From NCBI GenBank assembly GCA_934432725.1, contig CAKRZE010000009.1:2425-66424 (forward strand): a stretch of 64,000 nt of DNA, given 5' to 3'. Position 1 is the first letter of the stretch. Each line of letters starts with the position of its first letter. The notes beneath the pieces were generated by a model. It was not told the origin of the DNA. It saw nothing but the letters and a program-made list of their open reading frames with translations, and made no database searches. Source of the stretch: an uncultured Eubacteriales bacterium (GTDB taxonomy: Bacteria; Bacillota; Clostridia; Oscillospirales; CAG-272). Positions 47,610 through 55,945 of the stretch are shown here, piece after piece. The position numbers and the translations under genes were made by a program.

Positions 47610-48012
47610 ATGGCATCATCTTCCCTTGGAACGCAAGGGAATCCTTTCCTTAAAATTCAATCCGAAGCTCAGCGGCGCAGCATTCCCTTCCGGAACTCCG
47701 CTCCCGCGCGGCAGACGCCTCCCGTCCGGCAGTAACCGAGCCCTCTGCGTGCACCTGAAAACCGAGGAATTCCGTCTCCGCAGTATCCGGAAAATCCGCC
47801 GAAATCTCCCCCGCGCAAACAGCCGTGCAGACAGCAAAGCCTTTGCCGCCATCGCCGCCTCAGCTCCGCATGCATCAGGCAAGGTCTCACGTCCGGCATG
47901 CGCCGAGCCTTATTCTTCAAAGCCCTGCGGGCAGGACCGGTCCCCTGCCTGCATCGCGTCTCCCCGGCACGCTTTGCCGCCGAAGCCAACGGAAGGGAGG
48001 GCGCCTCCCGCA

Positions 48013-49041
48013 TCAGAGCTGCCTGACCGTGTACCCGGACGCCTTAATCAGCCGGTTGAATACCGCCAGTCCGATTCCGCTCCGGTCCGGCATTCTGGCA
48101 TAAATCACTTCCACGCCGCTGCCGTCAAAGCGGCGCAGACATTCAAACAGCCGCCTTGCATGCTCTTCGCCGTCTGTCCTTGCACCGATCGACTGCACCT
48201 GCGAAAAGCCGGAAAGCCTGTCCATATCCTCATCAAAGCAGAGAACGCCGCACGCCTCTCCCGATTCCCGTTTCTCCGTCACATACCGGTAAAATGCCTC
48301 GTCCGCCCCGTCCAGTATCACAAGCGGGGCATCCGGCGCATAGTGCCGGTACATCATCCCCGGAGCAAGCGGTCTGGTTCCCTCCCGAAGCTTTTCGGTG
48401 ACACAGCGGTCCACATAGATATCCGGAGATATTTCCCGCAGCATTTCCAAAGTAATTCCGCCCGGGCGGAGCAGGGATATCTTCCCATCATCAATCTTTA
48501 CAATCGTGGATTCCACTCCGACCGTGCAGGGTCCGCCGTCGATCAGAACATCCGCCCTGCCGTCCAGATCGCGCTCAATGTGGCAAAACTCCGTCGGGCT
48601 CGGCTTTCCGGACAGATTGGCGGACGGAGCCGCAATCGGAACCCCGGACAGCCGGATCAGCTCATGCGCCACCGGATTGGAAGGAATCCTGATCCCGACC
48701 GTCTCCAGTCCGCCCGTCACGGTGTACGGAATGCAGTCCCGCTTCGGCAGGATCATCGTCAGAGGTCCGGGGCAAAACGCATCGGCAAGACGCCGGAACA
48801 GCTCGTTTGTCCTGCAATACCGCTCCGCCTCCGAAGCATCGGCAAGATGTACGATCAGCGGATTGTCGCTCGGTCTTCCCTTTGCCGCATATATTTTCTT
48901 TGCCGCATTTTCATCCAAAGCATCCGCGCCCAGCCCGTACACAGTTTCGGTCGGAAACGCGACAAGCCCGCCTCTCCGTATGACCTCCGCTGCCTGCGCA
49001 AGGCTTTCGGCATCCGGATGCCTGATTTTTATTGTATTCAT
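48013..49041 (-). CDS. tsaC: L-threonylcarbamoyladenylate synthase (Sua5/YwlC type), 342 aa
   Basis: GGLVAFPTETVYGLGADALDENAAKKIYAAKGRPSDNPLIVH, SANLSGKPSPT, and a C-terminal Sua5 domain. The track ORF's N-terminal extension is unsupported. Confidence 0.9.
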   Translation of the reverse strand: MNTIKIRHPDAESLAQAAEVIRRGGLVAFPTETVYGLGADALDENAAKKIYAAKGRPSDNPLIVHLADASEAERYCRTNELFRRLADAFCPGPLTMILPKRDCIPYTVTGGLETVGIRIPSNPVAHELIRLSGVPIAAPSANLSGKPSPTEFCHIERDLDGRADVLIDGGPCTVGVESTIVKIDDGKISLLRPGGITLEMLREISPDIYVDRCVTEKLREGTRPLAPGMMYRHYAPDAPLVILDGADEAFYRYVTEKRESGEACGVLCFDEDMDRLSGFSQVQSIGARTDGEEHARRLFECLRRFDGSGVEVIYARMPDRSGIGLAVFNRLIKASGYTVRQL

Positions 49042-49493
49042 TGATTCATCACAGCTTTCGTCCGAGCGAAAGCATCCTTTCTCTGCCTGCGGGTTCGGAA
49101 GCGGTGCCAAAGCCCGCCGCCTCCCGCAGGGAAGCACACATAAGCCCTCCCACACGGTTCCGTTTCCCATTCACCCCGGCACTCCGGCAGTGAAAAATCC
49201 AGCGCATCCGGTCTGCCGAAGAAGTCCGAACAGAAGAACGCAGGGGCGGCTGCCGCCCGGAACGCTCCTTTTTGGAGGAACCGCAACCGCGCCGCAGCTT
49301 CTCCCGGCGTCCCGGAAGCACATTGCAAAAGCCAAAGCGCAACGCGGTCAGACCAACGCAGACCGCCGCACCGCCCTTCGATATCCGGACATTCAGACAG
49401 CCGTCCGGCAGGCTCCCGGCAAAGCAGCCGTACAAAAGCCGCACAGAACCATACCCGCCCGGGCAGCCCATCAGAGAATGCCGCAGGAGAAAA

Positions 49494-50582
49494 TTATTTC
49501 TGCCCGCTTTCGCTCTCCTTCAGCTTTTCCGCCGTTTCCGCATTCATCAGAGCGGTGATAAGCTCCCCGATGTTTCCGTTCATGAAGGATTCCAGATCAT
49601 AAGAGGTATACCCGATCCTGTGATCCGTGATACGTCTCTGGGGAAAATTGTAGGTTCTGATTTTCTCGCTTCTGTCCCCGGTTCCGACCTGTGCCCGCCG
49701 GGAAGCGGCAATTTTATCGGTCTGCTCTCGCCTTTGAATATCGTACAGGCGGGTCCGCAGCATTTTCATGGCTTTGTCCCGGTTTTTGAACTGACTGCGC
49801 TCCTCCTGACACTCCACCACGATTCCGGTCGGCTTGTGGGTGATGCGGACTGCGGACTCCGTCTTGTTGATATGCTGTCCGCCCGCACCGGTGCTCTTGA
49901 TCGTATCGATCTTCAGATCCTCCGGACGGATAGAAACCTCAACCTCCTCAGCCTCCGGCAGAACGGCAACCGTCACCGTCGATGTCTGAATCCTGCCCTG
50001 TGCCTCCGTGACCGGAACACGCTGCACCCGGTGCACGCCGCTCTCAAATTTCAGATGCGAATAAACGTTTTCGCCGGTAATCCGGAACGTCACCTCGCGA
50101 AAGCCGCCCAGCTTGGTCTCGTTCTCATCCAAAAGCTCCGTCCGAAAGCCCTCGGACGATGCATACATGTTATACATCCGATAGAGGTCATACGCAAAAA
50201 GCGCAGCCTCTTCTCCCCCTGCCGCCGCGCGGATTTCCACCATGACATCCCTTGCGTCATCCGGATCCTGCGGCAAAAGAAGCCTGCGAAGCTGCTCCTC
50301 CAGCCGGCAGACCGCAAGCTTTCCCTGTTTTATTTCCTCTGCGGCAAGCATCCGCAGCTCAGGATCCTCCGTCTCCCGCAGAAGCGCCTCCGCCTCCTCC
50401 AGCCCGCTCTGCGCCCGGCGGCAGGCGCGATAGGCTTCAATCACCGGCGTCAGCCTTTTATGCTCCGAAAGGAGCTGTGCCATTCTGCCGGGAGAGGCGC
50501 CGGTTTCCGGCTGCGCAAGCTCCGTTTCAATCGCCTCATAGCGATTTTCCGCCTCGCGCAGCCGATCAAACATTCCCGGCAT
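49494..50582 (-). CDS. prfA: Peptide chain release factor 1
   Basis: GGQ loop STGAGGQHINKTESAVRITHKPTGIVVECQEERSQ, and RVQRVPVTEAQGRIQTST. An alternative start is ATG 50573. Confidence 0.95.
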   Translation of the reverse strand: MPGMFDRLREAENRYEAIETELAQPETGASPGRMAQLLSEHKRLTPVIEAYRACRRAQSGLEEAEALLRETEDPELRMLAAEEIKQGKLAVCRLEEQLRRLLLPQDPDDARDVMVEIRAAAGGEEAALFAYDLYRMYNMYASSEGFRTELLDENETKLGGFREVTFRITGENVYSHLKFESGVHRVQRVPVTEAQGRIQTSTVTVAVLPEAEEVEVSIRPEDLKIDTIKSTGAGGQHINKTESAVRITHKPTGIVVECQEERSQFKNRDKAMKMLRTRLYDIQRREQTDKIAASRRAQVGTGDRSEKIRTYNFPQRRITDHRIGYTSYDLESFMNGNIGELITALMNAETAEKLKESESGQK

Positions 50583-50587
50583 ACGAA

Positions 50588-51979
50588 TCAGCTGTTGAAG
50601 GCACAGAATGCCTTATAGGTCATATACAGGTCGGTTTTTGCAATGATTTCATAGGGAGCATGCATGGAAATCACCGGAACACCGAGGTCCACGGTATCAA
50701 TATTGTACTTTGCAATATACATGGCAACCGTTCCGCCGCCGCCCTGGTCCACCTTGCCAAGCTCACCGGACTGCCAGAGTACATGATTCTCCTCAAACAG
50801 TCTGCGCATTTCCGCAACATATTCGGCGCTTGCGTCATTGGTGCCGGACTTGCCTCTGGAGCCGGTATATTTCGTCAGGCAGACACCGCCGTTGAGATAG
50901 GAGCTGTTCATTTTTTCAAATACATCCGGGAAATTCGGGTCAAACGCGGCGTTTACATCGGCAGACAGGCACTTGGAACGCATCCGGACGGCACGCGGGT
51001 TGGCGCCCTTTGCCAGAGCAATTTCATCAATCAGATCCAAAAACAGCATGGTCTGCATGCCCGTGTTGCCCTCGGAGCCGATCTCTTCCTTATCCGCAAG
51101 GATCACCATAGCGGTTTTATCCGCATTTCCGGAATCCAGAAGCGCCGTCAGCGCCGCATAGGAGCAAACTCTGTCATCGTGTCCATAGGAGCCGATCAGG
51201 CTGCGGTCAAGACCGACATCCCGCGCCTTGAACGCCGGAACGCAGGTCAGCTCGGCGCTCTGGAAGTCCTCCTCCACAATGCCGTATTTTTCGTGGAAAA
51301 GCCGCATCAGATTCAGCTTGATGCCGTTGTCCTTTGCATCGGCGGAATACGGGCGCGTCCCGAGCAGGATATTCAGCTGCTCGCCCTTGATCGCCTTGGC
51401 AAGCGTCTCCCCCATCTGATTGGCGGAAAGATGCGGCAGAAGATCGTTGATGTAGAATACGGGATCTGTCTCATCCTCGCCGATGGTCACCGCCACCGTC
51501 TCACCGTTCGTCTTGGATACCACGCCGTGCAGCGCAAGCGGGATTGCGGTCCACTGATACTTCTTGATCCCGCCGTAATAGTGCGTCTTAAAGAAGCCCA
51601 TGCCGCTGTCCTCATACAGCGGATTCTGCTTCAGATCAAGTCTCGGGCTGTCGATGTGCGCGGCGGAAATCGCAATGCCGAGCTCCTCCGGCTTTTCCGA
51701 TCCGATCCGGAACAGGTACAGAGACTTTCCGCGGTTATTGAAATAGTATTTGCCGCCCTCGGCAAGCTTATCTCCGAAGTGATACGGACGGTACCCCTTC
51801 TCCTCTGCGGCGCAAACGGCATAGCATACAGCCTCGCGCTCCGTTTTGGAGGCATCCAGAAACCTCTTGTACTGCTCCGCATATGCATACGCTTCATCAA
51901 TTTCGGAAGCGCTCATGTCCCTGAAGCCGTTTTTCCTTTTGTAATAAACAGATTCCTCCAGATTTTTCACTTCATCCAT
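50588..51979 (-). CDS. M18-family aminopeptidase (463 aa)
   Basis: AAHIDSPRLDLK, THYYGGIKKYQW, DKEEIGSEG, SMHAPYE. AAGGAG RBS precedes ATG 51979. Confidence 0.85.
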   Translation of the reverse strand: MDEVKNLEESVYYKRKNGFRDMSASEIDEAYAYAEQYKRFLDASKTEREAVCYAVCAAEEKGYRPYHFGDKLAEGGKYYFNNRGKSLYLFRIGSEKPEELGIAISAAHIDSPRLDLKQNPLYEDSGMGFFKTHYYGGIKKYQWTAIPLALHGVVSKTNGETVAVTIGEDETDPVFYINDLLPHLSANQMGETLAKAIKGEQLNILLGTRPYSADAKDNGIKLNLMRLFHEKYGIVEEDFQSAELTCVPAFKARDVGLDRSLIGSYGHDDRVCSYAALTALLDSGNADKTAMVILADKEEIGSEGNTGMQTMLFLDLIDEIALAKGANPRAVRMRSKCLSADVNAAFDPNFPDVFEKMNSSYLNGGVCLTKYTGSRGKSGTNDASAEYVAEMRRLFEENHVLWQSGELGKVDQGGGGTVAMYIAKYNIDTVDLGVPVISMHAPYEIIAKTDLYMTYKAFCAFNS

Positions 51980-52179
51980 TTCCGTATTCTCCTTTACTGT
52001 TATGTATATCATTGCCGTCTGCAGGAAGCCCTCAGGGCTCCCGGAAAACAGCGGAATGTGCAATGTCGCGCCGTCCCGGACCGGAGACAGGCAAACGCAA
52101 AGGCATCCCCGGTGCCGGTCGGACCCGACTCCGTATCTGCGCCCCTTTTTCGAACACCGTGCGGCAAGGAGCACGCGCG

Positions 52180-52345
52180 GAAAAGCGCCGCGCCGGGGCT
52201 GTCAAGCCCCAGAAAATCCTCGGCTGAGGATTTTCTGGGCGTATTATCCCACAAGTAAAAATGTGTGCTTCATGAACATTTTTACGCCGTGCGGCAAACG
52301 CGCAAAACACTGCGCCGCACGCCGATTCCGGACGCCGGCAAGCCT
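52180..52345 (+). repeat. Copy of the dispersed intergenic repeat family (X module plus Z hairpin plus GC-rich hairpin)
   Basis: gaaaagcgccgcgccggggctgtcaagccccagaaaatcctcggctgaggattttctgggcgtattatcccacaagtaaaaatgtgtgcttcatgaacattttt aligns with 55261-55331 plus 55428-55472. It contains a 12-bp perfect stem CAGAAAATCCTC/GAGGATTTTCTG. Confidence 0.5.
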
Positions 52346-52511
52346 GCACGCAGCAAAAAATGCACTTTGAGGCAACCGGCAAAGCATATCGGCAGCATTC
52401 TGTCGGAAAGCTCTCCGTCTGCCGGCTTGACCCAGATACGCCGTTTCCCTGCATATCACGGCATATTTTCCGAAGCCCTGCGATCCGCCGAAGCACAGTG
52501 CTGCCGCATCT

Positions 52512-53111
52512 TTACCGCTTCGCCGCAAGCAGCCCGGCGTAATGCTCTCTCGCCCCGGCGACCTTTTTGACGTAATCGGCAGTCTCCCGGATCGGGATGT
52601 TCCGCAGAACGCCGTCCCCTGCTATTTCGGGATCATCCAGCCATTTTCTGACACGGGAAGCCCCCGCGTTATACGCGGCATATGCTGTCTCCCAGCGTCC
52701 GAACTCCCCGTACAGATACGACAGAAGATAAGTCCCGTACCGGATGTTCCGCACAGGCTCGCATATTTCCCCTTCCTCTGCGTCTTCGCCGAGGCGCCAT
52801 GCGATCCATGTGTAGGTGTCCGGCATCAGCTGCATCAGTCCTCTGGCGCCGGCGTGCGAAACGGCATCCTGCCGAAAATTGCTTTCGGTCCGGATAACCG
52901 CATATATCACATCCTCCGGAACCCCGAATTCCGCAGCTGCAGCCTCGACCTGCTCCGAAAAATGACACGGATACAGATTCCGTTCGATTCTGTCTCCGAT
53001 CGCATCGGACAGGCGAAAAGCGCCGTACACTGCCGCACACAGCAGAATGACCGCAGCCACAACTGCCGGTGCGGAGAGCCTTCTCCTCCGCTTTCTCTCC
53101 GAAGACCTCAC
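52512..53111 (-). CDS. Lytic transglycosylase (SLT) domain protein, membrane-anchored
   Basis: N-terminal TM helix and SLT core VIRTESNFRQDAVSHAGARGLMQLMPDTY...AYNAG. Confidence 0.85.
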   Translation of the reverse strand: MRSSERKRRRRLSAPAVVAAVILLCAAVYGAFRLSDAIGDRIERNLYPCHFSEQVEAAAAEFGVPEDVIYAVIRTESNFRQDAVSHAGARGLMQLMPDTYTWIAWRLGEDAEEGEICEPVRNIRYGTYLLSYLYGEFGRWETAYAAYNAGASRVRKWLDDPEIAGDGVLRNIPIRETADYVKKVAGAREHYAGLLAAKR

Positions 53112-53180
53112 CGGAATCCCCCCGCTTTCTTTCCATCAACGCCGCACAGCCTCACATGCCGCAAGACAGCGGAAAAGCCG

Positions 53181-53837
53181 TCATCCCGGCAGTCCCAAGC
53201 CGCCTTTTCCGGCAGCGGCAATACCGAGCCGGTCAAGCACAGCATCGATCTGATCGGACAACGCGCCGTGCGAGCCATCCTCTCCATTATATATGATTTC
53301 ATCGCACTTTTCAAGATAAAAAGCGTTGTTTTTTTGTGCGGCAAGCCTTTTTTCCGCAGTCTCCTCCGAAATACCGTCCCGTCTGACGATTCTTTGGATC
53401 CGGAGCCCGTCCGGTGCAACAACACCGATAACCGCATCGCACTCCCGATTAAATCCGCTCTCAAACAAAAGCGGCGCATCGATCACCGCCGCCGGATAGC
53501 CCTTTTCCCGGCACCGATCCAGCCACAGACGGCATTCGCACAGAATATGGCGATGCGTGATCCGGTTCAGCATCCGCCTGCGGTTGGCATCCCTCATCAC
53601 AAGCTCCGCCATATGCCGCCGGTCATAGGTTCCGTCCGGTAAAAGAATCTCACTGCCGAACGCATGTACAAGCTCATTCAGGCATCTGCTCTCCGGCATA
53701 CAGACCGTGCGGGAAACCCGATCCGTATCCAGAACCGGAATACCTCTTTCCTTCAGAAAGAAGGAAACATAGCCTTTTCCGGCTCCGCTTCCGCCGGTCA
53801 GTCCGATTACAGTCACGCAGAACAACCTTCCCTTCAT
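53181..53837 (-). CDS. coaE: Dephospho-CoA kinase
   Basis: VIGLTGGSGAGKG P-loop, IPVLDTD, VIDAPLLFESG. Confidence 0.9.
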   Translation of the reverse strand: MKGRLFCVTVIGLTGGSGAGKGYVSFFLKERGIPVLDTDRVSRTVCMPESRCLNELVHAFGSEILLPDGTYDRRHMAELVMRDANRRRMLNRITHRHILCECRLWLDRCREKGYPAAVIDAPLLFESGFNRECDAVIGVVAPDGLRIQRIVRRDGISEETAEKRLAAQKNNAFYLEKCDEIIYNGEDGSHGALSDQIDAVLDRLGIAAAGKGGLGLPG

Positions 53838-53965
53838 ACGCCTGCTTTCCCGTTCCTCTCCGAAAAGCCGGACAGCGCGGCAAAGCAGGCTCTGATCTAT
53901 TGATTCCGTCCGCTTCCGGAAAAATGCCGTAATCCGCCCGGAGCCCCGATCCCGGGACCCCCGCC

Positions 53966-54541
53966 TCAGTCTCCGATTCCGGCACGGCGATTCAGCCCGC
54001 GCAGCAGCGGAACCAGCGGATAAACAAGCATACCCATGGCAAAATTCCCAACGCCGTGAACCGCATCAAAGGGCAGCCCGGACACGATCCATGCAAGGGT
54101 CTGCTTCCATGTCAGATGAAACAGGATTGCCTGCGCGGGCGCGTACAGCGTCCCGAACAGCATCCCGTGCAGAAAGCAGAGCGCAGGATACGCAAGCATG
54201 CAGAGGCGCTTCGGCATATTCCCGGGAAGCAGCATTGCAGCTCCCCACAAAAGCGTCCAAAGATACAGGTACGGAAGCCACCATACGGAAAACCCCGCAT
54301 AGAGACCGTTCAAAAACACATACAGATAGATCGGGATCAGTGCTTTTTTTCGGTAAACAACCGTCAAAAGCACCGTAAACATGGCGAGGGGATGCACATT
54401 CGGCAGCCCCTCCATCAAAAGCTTTCCGCAGAACATCATAACGCCGAACATGGCGAAAACCGTCATTTCCATGACCGTCAGACGTTTTCTGCGCCCCGGC
54501 TTCCGCTCTGCGGTGTCCTTACTTTGTCCGAACAAGCTCAT
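53966..54541 (-). CDS. Six-TM membrane protein, ECF S-component-like (substrate unknown)
   Basis: Six hydrophobic helices and the C-terminal GLPFDAVHGVGNF motif. Its start (ATG 54541) overlaps the end of the DUF4430 gene. The track ORF starts at 54577. Confidence 0.5.
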   Translation of the reverse strand: MSLFGQSKDTAERKPGRRKRLTVMEMTVFAMFGVMMFCGKLLMEGLPNVHPLAMFTVLLTVVYRKKALIPIYLYVFLNGLYAGFSVWWLPYLYLWTLLWGAAMLLPGNMPKRLCMLAYPALCFLHGMLFGTLYAPAQAILFHLTWKQTLAWIVSGLPFDAVHGVGNFAMGMLVYPLVPLLRGLNRRAGIGD

Positions 54542-55052
54542 ACCGGTCGCCGTCCGCAATTTCGGCGGAATCCACACCGACCGTCATGTATTCTCCGGCG
54601 CGAAGGAAGCTCCAATAGGTCTGGTCAATATCATAATCTGCCGTCATACCGTTGACCTTTTTGACATAAAGACCGTACTGAGATGCTTCGCCCTCAATCA
54701 AATTCAGCTTTAAAAGCGCACTCCCCACCGTTGTCTCATCCGTGTGAACCGTCAGAACCACCGACCTATCTTCCGCCTGAACCGTTACATATATGGTTTT
54801 GGAGCCTTCGCCAAGCTCGGTATCCTTCCCATATACGGCATCCGCCCAGATTCCGGTCAGTGTTTCGGCAGCGTCCGATTCATCGGCTTTTGTTTCATTC
54901 GCGGCAGTTTCCGATGAAAGCGGAGACTTGGTATCCTCGGCTACCGGTCCCGGTCCCCGAAAATCATCGTCCCGTCCGACACAGGCAGAAAGCGACAGTA
55001 CGCAGACCAGAGCTGCGCACAGACAAAGGATTCTCTTCCGGATCATATTCAT
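54519..55052 (-). CDS. DUF4430-like lipoprotein (177 aa)
   Basis: Lipobox LSLSAC, an acidic low-complexity linker, then a roughly 95-aa domain (IYVTVQAEDRSVVLTVHTDETTVGSALLKLNLIEGEASQYGLYVKKVNGMTADYDIDQTYWSFLRAGEYMTVGV) resembling the transcobalamin-like DUF4430 fold. Confidence 0.65.
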   Translation of the reverse strand: MNMIRKRILCLCAALVCVLSLSACVGRDDDFRGPGPVAEDTKSPLSSETAANETKADESDAAETLTGIWADAVYGKDTELGEGSKTIYVTVQAEDRSVVLTVHTDETTVGSALLKLNLIEGEASQYGLYVKKVNGMTADYDIDQTYWSFLRAGEYMTVGVDSAEIADGDRYELVRTK

Positions 55053-55260
55053 AGTTTTTTCTTCATCCTTTCTTTATATCATTCCGCCCGCCGCAAGCAG
55101 GCAGGAGAAAGCGTGTTCACTCTATCATTCCGAGAGTGAAATGACTGCCGTCACACCGATAACGGCTCTTTCGGAAAAACCGCACAGCAAGCCCTTCATC
55201 CCGCGGCAGCAGGCTTGCCCCGCGGCAGCAGCGGCAAATCGGTTTTCAGGCATGCAAGCC

Positions 55261-55568
55261 GAAAGCGCCGCGCCGGGACTGCCAAGCCCCGGAAAGCTCC
55301 GGCGGAGGATTTTCCGTGCGTATGATACCGCAAATTTAAGCAAGACTCCATGAATTTGACGGCAACGCCGGCAAATTCGCAAAATGCGGCAAATCAGCTT
55401 CACCCGTCAGGTAAATTTTATACCGCATTATTATACCATGAAGCAAAAATGTGTGCTTGCACAAACATTTTTGCGAAGCCGTCAATGCCGCAGCCGTGCG
55501 AAGCACGGGGAGGCGCCAGCCGCGAAGGGATGCCCGGCAGCCCTTCCTGCGGTTATTATACCACAAAG
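55261..55568 (+). repeat. Composite copy of the intergenic repeat family (X module, one roughly 109-bp Y unit, Z hairpin, second X-tail)
   Basis: 55261-55331 aligns with 52181-52251. 55332-55440 aligns with the 108-bp tandem unit at 60.6 kb. 55445-55472 is aaaaatgtgtgcttgcacaaacattttt. 55541-55568 repeats the ...gcggttattataccacaaag tail. Confidence 0.55.
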
Positions 55569-55945
55569 AACTCCGGTATGTCAATGCCCGCGCCCGCACC
55601 CCTTTCTCTCCGCAAAGCTGCCGTTGATGCAGAAGCGAAGGAATATAAAAAGGGCGATCAAGCTTGTTATCATCCGCCTGCACCACACTGTCACATAACG
55701 GAAACGCCTGATCGCCACAGGTATAAAAGCACAAAACAAAGGACACCTTAAAAACCGCTTCCGCGCAGGGCGGTCAGACCGACACCTCCCGCAGTGCGGA
55801 AGCGCTCTGCCGGCGTCCCCTCCCGCCGCGGCATTTCGCTATTCTGAAAAGCCGCAGCACAGGCAGCTCCGTTCCGCTCCCTGCGGTTCCTTCAAACGGA
55901 GTAGAACCAGGTCAAAAGCACCTTGCCTTCCGGTATGCGCCGACC

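Noticed and set aside
49049-49471. 140-aa and 96-aa minus-strand ORFs as a possible prmC remnant
   Set aside because: The translations lack any methyltransferase motif (GxGxG, NPPY) and are R/G/C-rich, like antisense or non-coding frames.
55053-55260. Cobalamin riboswitch upstream of the DUF4430 operon
   Set aside because: I could not find the B12-box or the conserved GGUG...CC / GCCACUG-type elements on the minus strand. The region largely belongs to the repeat family.
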